Shown here: positions 47,949 through 59,039 of the stretch, piece by piece | Numbering within the stretch: the first letter of the stretch is position 1 | How the letters are laid out: every line of letters starts with the position of its first letter | Source: Alphaproteobacteria bacterium | Lineage (GTDB): Bacteria > Pseudomonadota > Alphaproteobacteria > Rhizobiales > Devosiaceae | NCBI GenBank assembly: GCA_018818925.1 | Contig: JAHJQZ010000068.1 | Span: 5,458-69,457 of the forward strand | Length of the DNA stretch: 64,000 bases | Direction: 5' to 3' | Notes under the pieces: generated by a model | What the model saw: the letters and a program-made list of their open reading frames with translations, nothing else | Databases searched by the model: none | Told to the model about the DNA's origin: nothing | Made by a program: the position numbers and the translations under genes

Positions 47949-49727
47949 CTATGGTGGCCACTCGACCGCCTGATAGCCGTGATCGAGATAGCGCTCCGGA
48001 ATGCCCGCCGCCTCGAGGCCCTTGCGCAGCATGCCGAGGATCTGCGCATCCATTATGCGCATCGACAGACGGGCGATTATGCCGTCGCGCCCGAACTGCG
48101 GCAGCGCGAGGAGCGCCGGGATGTAGGTATCGCCGAGGTCCATCCGTCTGGCGCCCGGCGCCGTCGCCACCAGGACGCTGAGGCCGAGTTCGGCATCGTC
48201 GGGCAGGATCAACAGGGCGTAGTGGATGGCATTGGAATGATCGCCGTGTCGGAGGGCATCGAGTGCCCGGATGGTGAAATACCAGCCCGCCGGCCACCGG
48301 TCGCGATTGATGGCGCGCTCGACATGGAATAGCGCGCTGGCATTGCCGGACAGAACCTCCATGATCCCGAGCGAAGCCTCGAGGTCGGCATTGGCCGGAT
48401 TGGCTTTGAGCGCCGTCTGGAATTCGCGGCGCGCGCCCACGATGTCGTTCGCCGCCCAGAGGATGCGAGCATAGAGCTCGTGGGCGAAGGCCGAAGCCGG
48501 CAAGGCCCGCACCGCGTCGGCGCCGATCTCGATCTGGGACTGCAGCGTCTGGCCGAGTTCGTCTCCGGGCACCGACATGCGCTGGATATCGAGGGCATCG
48601 AGCGCCGCAACCGCCGCCTTGTCCATCAGGCGGCTTCCATCGGCGGCAAGACGGGCGGCAAAGCATGATTGTGCCTGCGCCGCCTCGATCACCCTGCTCG
48701 GGCCGATGGCGTCGCGGTAGAGCATGCCACAGGCATAGCCGAGCGCGTCCGGCCCGGAATAGGCCCAATCCGGCAATTGCGCCCGCGCATCCACCTGCAC
48801 TTTGCCGCGAAAAGCCGCGACATTCGTTGCGACCAGAATGGCGAGCATGCGCAGCGCTTCGTCATGCGTCATCCCGGCGGTGAGCTGGGTGAAACCATGC
48901 GACCAGATCACCTCCGAGGTGCTGAGCCGGGTCACGGTGACATGCGCGTCGATGCCGGTGTCGCGGAGCGCGATCTGGCCGCCGAGCCGGTAGACGATGC
49001 CGAGCTGGTTTTCGACCTCGGAGTTCTGCGTCGTGGTGCCTTGCATCACCACCGAATCGACGCGGACGTCGAGACCGTCGAACGCCGACAGCAGTTCGAC
49101 GAGCAGCGTCTGGAAAATGCCGGCATCGTAGGCCGCGTCCGCATCGCCGGGAGCGAACTCCGAAACGATCACGACCGGCCGCCCGGTCCAGGTCGCCAGG
49201 TTGCGGAATGGCTGCGCCGAGGGCCAGGCGAACCAGGCGAGCAGGCCGAAAGCCAAGGCCGTGACGATGGCGACAACAGCCGCGAGCTTCCAGTGGCGCC
49301 AAGCCGGTCGACGCGCCGGGATCGCCCGGCTTGGCGCCGTCGGTTTCTCAAAGCGATTTAAGTTCGCGCTCTGCTTATCGGCGTTTTCAACCCAATCGAA
49401 TCGCGGCACATAGCTGCCGATCGGCAGAAATATGCGTACCGTCACGCCTTCGTGATCGCCATTGTATATGGCATCGAGTGCCGTCCGCAGGCGTCTCGCC
49501 TGCACGCGAACGATTGAGTCGGTTTGCGGATCGAAATCGTCACCGCGCCCGAAAACCTCTGTCGCAATGGAATAGGCCTTGAGACGGGACTCCTCGCCGT
49601 CCAGGGATTTTTCGACGACATAATTAAGAAAATCAACGAGTTGACGGGACCGCGCCAGTTCCGGTGTTTCTCCGAGCCGATGCAGGCTCTCCCGAATATC
49701 CTCGTCCGTTGGCCGATCTTTCCGCAT
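47949..49727 (-). CDS. Membrane-anchored protein with N-terminal winged-helix (OmpR/CadC-like) segment, one TM helix and a large periplasmic helical-repeat (TPR-like) domain
   Basis: 'LKAYSIATEVFGRGDDFDPQTDSIVRVQARRLRTALDAIY...VRIFLPIGSYVPRF' resembles the recognition helix and wing of trans_reg_C. TM helix 'WKLAAVVAIVTALAFGLLAWFAW'. The product call is tentative. Confidence 0.65.
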   Translation of the reverse strand: MRKDRPTDEDIRESLHRLGETPELARSRQLVDFLNYVVEKSLDGEESRLKAYSIATEVFGRGDDFDPQTDSIVRVQARRLRTALDAIYNGDHEGVTVRIFLPIGSYVPRFDWVENADKQSANLNRFEKPTAPSRAIPARRPAWRHWKLAAVVAIVTALAFGLLAWFAWPSAQPFRNLATWTGRPVVIVSEFAPGDADAAYDAGIFQTLLVELLSAFDGLDVRVDSVVMQGTTTQNSEVENQLGIVYRLGGQIALRDTGIDAHVTVTRLSTSEVIWSHGFTQLTAGMTHDEALRMLAILVATNVAAFRGKVQVDARAQLPDWAYSGPDALGYACGMLYRDAIGPSRVIEAAQAQSCFAARLAADGSRLMDKAAVAALDALDIQRMSVPGDELGQTLQSQIEIGADAVRALPASAFAHELYARILWAANDIVGARREFQTALKANPANADLEASLGIMEVLSGNASALFHVERAINRDRWPAGWYFTIRALDALRHGDHSNAIHYALLILPDDAELGLSVLVATAPGARRMDLGDTYIPALLALPQFGRDGIIARLSMRIMDAQILGMLRKGLEAAGIPERYLDHGYQAVEWPP

Positions 49728-50186
49728 GGCAATGCGGCCCTTTTAACCAGCTTTTAGCATGTGACACCAACAGGCTAAAAGCAAGCCACTTAACACGCAT
49801 GTAACCTGCAATGGCTTTCGCCGCCCGGCGAATTGGTCATAAGGGGCGCATTCCGTGTTTGGGCAGTTCGAACCGAGACACTTCTAAACCGGTTTGACAA
49901 TGTGTCGAACCAAGCAGGCGCGTGGCGCCAGCTATTTGATTTTTCCGGGCGCGAGGCGGCGGCACTGCCCGGAGCACAGTCGGTTGGCAGGTAGATTCGC
50001 CCCGACAAACGAGAAATCTCTGATGACAGTCGCCTCGGCGACAAGAAACGAAGCGCAATCTCCGCGTCCTCGGTTGCGCTTCCAGGAGGAAGTGGCGTTC
50101 GCGCTGCTTCCTCCGCGAAACGACGACCGGCTTGCCGGTCCATGCTTATGGGATTGGCCTTCGCGTCCTCGGCCGGTCTCATATCG

Positions 50187-50233
50187 GGAGAGAGGGTTCT
50201 TTCGCGGCCAAGACCGGAAGCGGCCCTCTCTCC
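50187..50233. repeat. REP-like hairpin GGAGAGAGGG-N27-CCCTCTCTCC
   Basis: 10-bp perfect arms, read directly. Confidence 0.6.
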
Positions 50234-50624
50234 ACCTCTTCATCGGCGAAGGTTCAACCGGCCGTGCGCTGCCCTTTTGCGCATCCGGGATGCTGGGCAG
50301 TGCGACTGTTGGCATGACCTGGCTTTTGCCTGGCTACAAATGGCGTGGCGCTGTGGGGCGCGTCGCGCCGGGCGGCGGCCGGTCCGTGCACACGGACCGG
50401 CTGCGCCTGTGTGCCGCGATCCTGATCGGCAAGCGCCCGGAACGACAACGCTTGTGTGGCGCCCGACGCCGCGCGGTGACAAGCGGCCGCGAAGGTTTCG
50501 AACGACGACGCGGCGGATCGCATCTGGACAATGCGAATATTCGAACATATCAATTGACATGGGTCACTGAGCGCGGGGCGAAGCTTCGCTAGGCTCGACT
50601 GCTTCCACGGGAGGGGAAAACAGC

Positions 50625-51911
50625 ATGGCACACATCGTGATTCTCGGCGCCGGCCTTGGCGGGGCGGTCATGGCGTATGAAATGAAGGCGGAGCTGCGCG
50701 CCGAAGACCGCCTGACGGTGATCACCAAGGATCCGAAATACCATTTCGTTCCGTCCAATCCCTGGGTCGCGGTGAAATGGCGCGAGCGCATCGACACCGA
50801 GATCGACCTGGCTCCGGCCATGCGCCGGCGCGGCATCGACTTCCGTCCGATTGCCGCCAAGCAGGTGGTCGCGGCTGAAAACCGGGTTGAGCTGGTCGAC
50901 GGCAGCTCGGTCGACTACGACTATCTCATCATCGCCACCGGCCCGGAACTGGCCTTCGACGAAGTCGAGGGTCTCGGTCCGGAAGGCGGCTTCACCCAGT
51001 CGATCTGCCATATCGATCACGCCGAAAAGGCCTATGTGGCCTTCGAGGAGTTCTGCAAGAATCCCGGCCCGATCGTTGTTGGCGCCGTGCAGGGCGCGTC
51101 CTGCTTCGGCCCAGCCTACGAGTTCCTGTTCATTCTAGAGACCGAGCTTCGCCGCCGCAAGATTCGCGACAAGGTGCCGATGACCTTCGTCACCTCCGAG
51201 CCCTATATCGGCCATCTCGGTCTGGACGGTGTCGGCGACACCAAGGGCCTGCTCGAATCCAACATGCGCGAAAAGCACATCAAGTGGATGACCTCGTCCA
51301 GGATCGCCAAGGCCGAGCCGGGCGTCCTCCATGTCGAGCAGATCGGCGACGACGGCACCTCGAAGGGCATTACCGAGGTTCCGGCCAAGTTCTCGATGAT
51401 GCTGCCCGCCTTCAGGGGCATCAAGCCGCTGTTCGGCAACGAGGGCCTGGTCAATCCGCGCGGCTTCGTCATCGTCGACCAGCATCAGCAGAACCCGACA
51501 TTCAAGAACGTCTTTTCGGTTGGCGTCTGCGTCGCCATTCCGCCGATGGGCAAGACCCCCGTTCCGGTCGGCGTGCCCAAGACCGGCTTCATGATCGAAT
51601 CGATGGTCACGGCCACCGCGCTCAATATCGGCCAGATCATCCGCGGCGAGGCGCCGACCCATCAGGGATCGTGGAACGCCGTCTGCCTCGCCGATTTCGG
51701 CGATTCTGGCATCGCCTTCGTCGCCCAGCCGCAGATTCCGCCGCGCAACGTCAACTGGTCCTCGGAAGGTAAGTGGGTACATCTCGCCAAGATCGGCTTC
51801 GAAAAGTACTTCATCGGAAAAATGAAGTCGGGCAATTCCGAGCCCTTCTACGAAAAGCTGGCGCTGCAGGTGCTCGGCATAGATAAGTTGAAAGAGGTCA
51901 AGAACGACTGA
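50625..51911 (+). CDS. sqr: Sulfide:quinone oxidoreductase (type I SQR)
   Basis: 'HIVILGAGLGGAVMAYE' FAD motif. Conserved Cys contexts 'QGASCFGPAYEF' and 'SVGVCVAIPP'. 428 aa. RBS GGGAGGGG. Confidence 0.9.
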   Translation: MAHIVILGAGLGGAVMAYEMKAELRAEDRLTVITKDPKYHFVPSNPWVAVKWRERIDTEIDLAPAMRRRGIDFRPIAAKQVVAAENRVELVDGSSVDYDYLIIATGPELAFDEVEGLGPEGGFTQSICHIDHAEKAYVAFEEFCKNPGPIVVGAVQGASCFGPAYEFLFILETELRRRKIRDKVPMTFVTSEPYIGHLGLDGVGDTKGLLESNMREKHIKWMTSSRIAKAEPGVLHVEQIGDDGTSKGITEVPAKFSMMLPAFRGIKPLFGNEGLVNPRGFVIVDQHQQNPTFKNVFSVGVCVAIPPMGKTPVPVGVPKTGFMIESMVTATALNIGQIIRGEAPTHQGSWNAVCLADFGDSGIAFVAQPQIPPRNVNWSSEGKWVHLAKIGFEKYFIGKMKSGNSEPFYEKLALQVLGIDKLKEVKND

Positions 51912-52078
51912 TTGAAAGTTGTTCGGCCGGGATGCTTGTTTCAGATGCAAGTGATAAGCATTGCCTGAACCGGGATGCGACCACTTGACTACTTAATTTC
52001 ACGGAGTATTAGCCCGATCATTTAGGCAATCAGAATGAACTGGATGCCGGTCCTCTTGTGGCTGGTGGAGGGACCAGA

Positions 52079-53902
52079 ATGATTCGCCTGCCTGCCGGAA
52101 TGCTCAAGCCCGCCCTTGTGGCCATTGCCGCGGGCGGGCTTGTTCTTGGGCTTTTTCTCATGTGGCTGGGCATGGGCGATCACGCCCATGCGGTCTTCAT
52201 CGTCTTCACCTTGCCCGTCCTGGCAGCGCTCGTCATCGAGATCGCCGTCAGTCTGAAAAAGGGCGACATCGGCCTCGACATCGTCGCCGCCCTGTCGATG
52301 ACTGCTGCCGTGGTCTTCGACGAGGAACTCGCCGCCATCGTCGTGGCACTGATGTATTCGAGCGGGCAATATCTCGAAAGCTTCGCCGAGGCGCGGGCCC
52401 GGCGTGGAATGACCGCGCTTCTGTCACGCGTGCCGCGCACAGCCTATCGCCATCTCGACGGCAGGCTCGAGGAGATCGCACTGGCCGACATCCGCCCGGG
52501 TCACCGGCTTATGGTCAGGAAGGGCGATATCGTCCCGGTCGACGGCACGGTCGCCGAAGGCATCGCCGTGCTCGACGAATCGGCGCTGACCGGGGAGGCG
52601 CGGCCGGTCAAACATGTGTCCGGCGACGCCATCTTCTCCGGGACCTCCAATACCGGCGATCCCTTCGACGTCATCGCCTCGCAGACCGCCGAGAATTCGA
52701 CGGTTGCCGGCATCGTCCGCCTCGTCGAACAGGCGCAGAAATCGCGGGCGCCGATGACACGCATCGCCGACCGGTATGCCATCCTCTTTCTGGTCTTCAC
52801 CGTGGCGATTGCCGGTCTTGCCTGGTTTTTATCCGGCGATGTGGTGCGCATCGTCGCCGTGCTGGTGGTCGCGACCCCCTGCCCGCTCATTCTTGCCGTG
52901 CCGGTGGCGCTGGTTGCCGGCCTGTCGCGGGCGGCTTCGCAGGGCATTCTGATCAAGGGCGGCAAGGTGCTCGAAGCCATGGCCGGCACAAAGTCTCTGG
53001 TCATCGACAAGACCGGCACGCTGACCTCCGGGCGCCCACGCCTTGTCGACATCAAGACCGACCGCGATCCCGACGAGATGTTGCGTTTGGCCGCCGCGCT
53101 CGATCAGGCGTCCCAGCACCCGATTGCCCGGACGATCGTCGCCGACGCGCTCGCCCGCAATCTCGTTTTGCCGGTGCCGCGCAATGCCGTCGAGACGCCG
53201 GGCGAAGGCGTTGCCGGCGATGTCGAGGGCCATCAGGTCATCGTCGGCGGCGTGAAATACGTCGCGGGCTGCCTTGGCCTGGCAATTGAACAGGTCGCCG
53301 ACAAGGCCCCGCCCGGCGCCATCGCGGCCGGCGTCGCCGTCGACGGCGCCTGGGCCGGCCTGCTCGTTCTGGCCGACGAATTGCGATCCGGCGTGCCCGA
53401 ACTTCTGTCCGACCTGCGCAAGGAAGGAATCGAGCGCATCGTTCTGGCGACCGGCGACAATCGCGCGGCGGCGGAAGCCACGGTCGGTGGATTGCGTCTC
53501 GACTATATCCATGCCGCGGCAACGCCTGACCAGAAAATGCTGATCGTCGTCGCCGAACGCAAATACGGTCCGGTGATGATGGTCGGGGACGGGGTCAACG
53601 ACGCCCCGGCGCTGGCCGCCGCCGATATCGGGGTGGCGATGGGCGCCCACGGCAGCGCCGCTTCGGCGGAAACCGCCGATATGGTGATCCTGGTCGACGC
53701 GATCGACAGGGTGTTGCCCGGCATCCGCATCGCCAAGCGCTCCAAGCGCATCGCGCTGCAAAGCGTCTATGCCGGTATGGGTCTGACCGTTGTCTTCATG
53801 GCGGTGGCCGCCCTCGGCTACCTGGCTCCGGTTGAGGGCGCACTTATCCAGGAGGCGATCGATGTCGCCGTCATTCTCAACGCCATGCGGGCGCTGCGGT
53901 AA
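52079..53902 (+). CDS. Heavy-metal translocating P1B-type ATPase, P1B-5-like (TPCP / QExxD), no soluble metal-binding domains
   Basis: 'DKTGTLT', 'SQHPIA', 'GDGVNDAPAL', TM motif 'VVATPCPLILAVP', last helix 'LIQEAIDVAVILNAMRAL'. Start taken at 'MIRLPAG' (RBS GGTGGAGGGA); an alternative GTG is at 52058. Confidence 0.9.
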   Translation: MIRLPAGMLKPALVAIAAGGLVLGLFLMWLGMGDHAHAVFIVFTLPVLAALVIEIAVSLKKGDIGLDIVAALSMTAAVVFDEELAAIVVALMYSSGQYLESFAEARARRGMTALLSRVPRTAYRHLDGRLEEIALADIRPGHRLMVRKGDIVPVDGTVAEGIAVLDESALTGEARPVKHVSGDAIFSGTSNTGDPFDVIASQTAENSTVAGIVRLVEQAQKSRAPMTRIADRYAILFLVFTVAIAGLAWFLSGDVVRIVAVLVVATPCPLILAVPVALVAGLSRAASQGILIKGGKVLEAMAGTKSLVIDKTGTLTSGRPRLVDIKTDRDPDEMLRLAAALDQASQHPIARTIVADALARNLVLPVPRNAVETPGEGVAGDVEGHQVIVGGVKYVAGCLGLAIEQVADKAPPGAIAAGVAVDGAWAGLLVLADELRSGVPELLSDLRKEGIERIVLATGDNRAAAEATVGGLRLDYIHAAATPDQKMLIVVAERKYGPVMMVGDGVNDAPALAAADIGVAMGAHGSAASAETADMVILVDAIDRVLPGIRIAKRSKRIALQSVYAGMGLTVVFMAVAALGYLAPVEGALIQEAIDVAVILNAMRALR

Positions 53903-53908
53903 TCCGGA

Positions 53909-56208
<2,300 letters not shown>

Positions 56209-56514
56209 TTCATCCAGAAAGCCATCCCATTTTCGCAAGCAACCGGGCGGCAAACCGCGGCCGATTGCAGCGTTTCCGGGATAAGGCCGATGTCCCTCAA
56301 CCCTTTCAGCCGCCTTGGTAATCCATGGTTAACCATACTCGGAGTTATCTGGCGCGCATAACCGCCGGCTAATGAGAAACCACTAGCGTGCGGTCGAGGA
56401 ATGCGAGCCGGACACCTTGGTGTCCATCAGGCAAAACAAGCGCCCGTCGGACAAGACACGAGCCGACGCCGGCGTGTTCGGCCCGTTTCCGCCTGGTGGG
56501 GATCGAGCGGCCGT

Positions 56515-58770
56515 ATGAAGAACGATTCGCTATCGAGCAAGGGGCGCATGCGCTTTTTGTTGAGCGTTTTGCTCCCGGTTCTATTGAGCGTGGTTTTCAC
56601 CTTCGCTCTTGTCTCGGTTCTCATCTACGTATCGGCCGAAAAGAGCGACGAGAAGGCCGCCGACCGCGAGCAGACCCTGGTGCGCCACTTCCTCGACCAA
56701 CAGCAGGACGTGCTGCGCCAGTATCAAGCCAATATCGTTGGGTGGGACGATGCCCTGGTCGCCGTGGAAGCGCCTTACGATGCGGCATGGGTCGAGGCCA
56801 ATCTCGGGGTCGAACTGCACGAGACGGCCGGCATCGACATGGTGTTCCTGCTCGATCCGCATCTGGCGCCGGTTTTCGCCATGTTCGAAGGCGAAGCGAT
56901 CCAGACCTCCAACTACAAGCGTTATGCCGACGCCTTCGGCCCGTTCGCCGAGCGCCTGCGCGAAATCGACTGGCAGGGCGCGCTCGCCGCCTATACCGAA
57001 GGGGTCAGCCATGTGCTGCCATCCATCGGTGACGCCATGCTGCTCGACGGCAAACCGGCCCTTGTCGGCTTCATGCCCGTCGCCTCGGACAGCGGCCGTT
57101 TCACCTACCGGCCCGGCTCGGAATACATCCACATCGCCGTGCAGTTCCTCGACGACGAACTGGCCGGGGCAGTCAACGACAGCCTGCTTGTCAGAGGCGG
57201 ACATTTCGATCTGCCCGGCAATGTCGTCCAGCCGAACGAAATTCGTGTCCCAATTGCCGATCGCTACGGCGCTACCATTGCCGAATTCTCCTGGTATCCC
57301 GGCCAGCCCGGCGCCGGCATTCTGGCCGACAGCCTGCCGGCCATGATCGCTGGCTTCGCCGTGACGTTGGGCATCGTCATCGCCCTGATTTACGGCCTGA
57401 TGCGGTCCACCCGCCAGATCGAGGCCAGCCGTACGGCGGCGCAGCACATGGCCTTTCATGACAAGCTGACCGGCCTGGCCAACCGCGCGCTGTTCGAGGA
57501 CCGGCTCAACGCCGCCGTGGCGGCCGCAAGGCGCGGCCCCAACGGCATCGCTCTGCTGATGATCGACCTCGACCGCTTCAAACAGGTCAACGACACGCTC
57601 GGCCACGAAGCCGGCGACGACCTCATACGCCAGGTGGCCGTACGCATGCGCCCCCTGCTGCGCGAGACCGATACAATCGCCCGGCTCGGCGGCGACGAGT
57701 TCGCCGTGATCCAGACCGACGTTCGTTCGATCTCCGATGTCACCGTGGTCGCCGAGCGCGTCATCCGCGCCATTGCCGCGCCCTTCGAAGTCGCCCAATC
57801 CCAGGCCTTTGTCGGCGCCTCGATCGGCATCGCGCTCGCTCCGTCCGACGCGCTGGCCGGCGTCGAGCTCGCCCGCAAGGCCGATATTGCCCTTTACGAG
57901 GCTAAATCGGCTGGCCGCAACCAATACAAGCTGTTCGAGGACCGCATGAGCGAGGCGGTGCGCCGCCGCCAGACCATCGAAGAAGAATTGCGCCACGCCC
58001 TCAGCCGCAGCGACGGTCTGGACGTCGATTTCGTGCCGCTGATCCGCGGCGACGGTACGCAGATCGTCGGCGTTACCGCCGAGATCGTCTGGAACCATTC
58101 CTCGCTCGGCCGGATCGGCCGCGATCGCTTCATTCCGGTTGCCGAAAGCTGCGGCCTTATCGAACCGCTCGGGGATTTCGTGCTGCAGGCCGCCTGCAGC
58201 TTCGGCGCCAAGCGGCCCGGCCTGCGTGTCGGCGTGCGCGTCTATTCGGCCCAGCTGCGCAATCCGCTGTTCTTCAACAAACTGTTCACCATGCTCGACG
58301 AGACCGGCATGCAGCCCGAGAATCTTGAACTCGATATCGGCGAGAAGATGATGTCGGACAAGGAGCCGGTCGCCGCCACCACCTTGCGCAAACTGAGCGG
58401 TGTCGGTGTCAACATCGCCCTGAGCGATTTCGGCTCCGGCTTTCGCGCCCTCGCCCTTTTGCAGAAATATCAGGTCAATCGCATCAATATCGATCGCGAT
58501 TTCTTCGACCAGCTCGCCGACTGCCCCGATCCCGAGGCCATCACCCATGCCGTCGTCTGGCTGGCGCGCGCCATCGGCGTCGAAGTCTCGGCCGAGGGCG
58601 TCGATTCCGACGAGCAGAAGAACTTTCTGCACCGCATGGGCGTGATGAGCTTTCAGGGCGAGGTGTTTACCCCGGAGCTGCAGGCGAAGATCCTGCGCGA
58701 TGCCCTCGAGCGCGTGCCGGAACTGGCCCATCGCAAGCCGCCTCAGGACGATATCGAGCTTTGGGGCTGA
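56515..58770 (+). CDS. Membrane sensor diguanylate cyclase: periplasmic sensor domain (CHASE4-like, tentative) + GGDEF (intact, with I-site) + degenerate EAL
   Basis: Two TM helices flank a ~270-aa sensor domain. 'RETDTIARLGGDEFAV' gives RxxD 5 residues before GGDEF. The EAL region reads 'GVTAEIVWNH', 'SDFGSGF', 'NID', 'AEGVD'. Confidence 0.9.
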   Translation: MKNDSLSSKGRMRFLLSVLLPVLLSVVFTFALVSVLIYVSAEKSDEKAADREQTLVRHFLDQQQDVLRQYQANIVGWDDALVAVEAPYDAAWVEANLGVELHETAGIDMVFLLDPHLAPVFAMFEGEAIQTSNYKRYADAFGPFAERLREIDWQGALAAYTEGVSHVLPSIGDAMLLDGKPALVGFMPVASDSGRFTYRPGSEYIHIAVQFLDDELAGAVNDSLLVRGGHFDLPGNVVQPNEIRVPIADRYGATIAEFSWYPGQPGAGILADSLPAMIAGFAVTLGIVIALIYGLMRSTRQIEASRTAAQHMAFHDKLTGLANRALFEDRLNAAVAAARRGPNGIALLMIDLDRFKQVNDTLGHEAGDDLIRQVAVRMRPLLRETDTIARLGGDEFAVIQTDVRSISDVTVVAERVIRAIAAPFEVAQSQAFVGASIGIALAPSDALAGVELARKADIALYEAKSAGRNQYKLFEDRMSEAVRRRQTIEEELRHALSRSDGLDVDFVPLIRGDGTQIVGVTAEIVWNHSSLGRIGRDRFIPVAESCGLIEPLGDFVLQAACSFGAKRPGLRVGVRVYSAQLRNPLFFNKLFTMLDETGMQPENLELDIGEKMMSDKEPVAATTLRKLSGVGVNIALSDFGSGFRALALLQKYQVNRINIDRDFFDQLADCPDPEAITHAVVWLARAIGVEVSAEGVDSDEQKNFLHRMGVMSFQGEVFTPELQAKILRDALERVPELAHRKPPQDDIELWG

Positions 58771-59039
58771 CGGCATCGTCCGCCGTCCGGCGTCCCGCCA
58801 AAACACGGCCCTGGCCCGCCGTGTCGCGCGCGACCATGCAGGCCGGCATGGCCGAAAGCAGCACCGCGCCACCGATCGATACATGGCGAAACCCGAGATG
58901 GGCTGATGCCGGTTGCTTGGCGAACCTGCGCCTTCTCGATCCTTCAGGTGTCTTGTCGCACAGGCACACGCCCCTGTTGCTCGCGGTCGAACGCGCGGAC
59001 AATCCCGTGATTCAGATAACGTTTGCTTGACCGCCGGCA

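Noticed and set aside
49728-50624. tmRNA, RNase P RNA, SRP RNA or a cobalamin riboswitch in the long gap before sqr
   Set aside because: By eye I found no ANDN-type tag reading frame, no GAGGAAAGTCC-type RNase P core, no SRP domain IV motif and no B12 box. The region stays as an unexplained non-coding finding.
56325-56336. Perfect 12-bp palindrome ATGGTTAACCAT upstream of the GGDEF-EAL gene
   Set aside because: It is short, single and about 180 bp from the start codon. It contains an HpaI-type site and could arise by chance, and there is not enough context to call it a regulatory site.
58771-59039. Purine riboswitch upstream of adenine deaminase
   Set aside because: I found no three-way junction core with the conserved loop-loop and U/C discriminator context. 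The region is GC-rich without the expected P1-P2-P3 layout.
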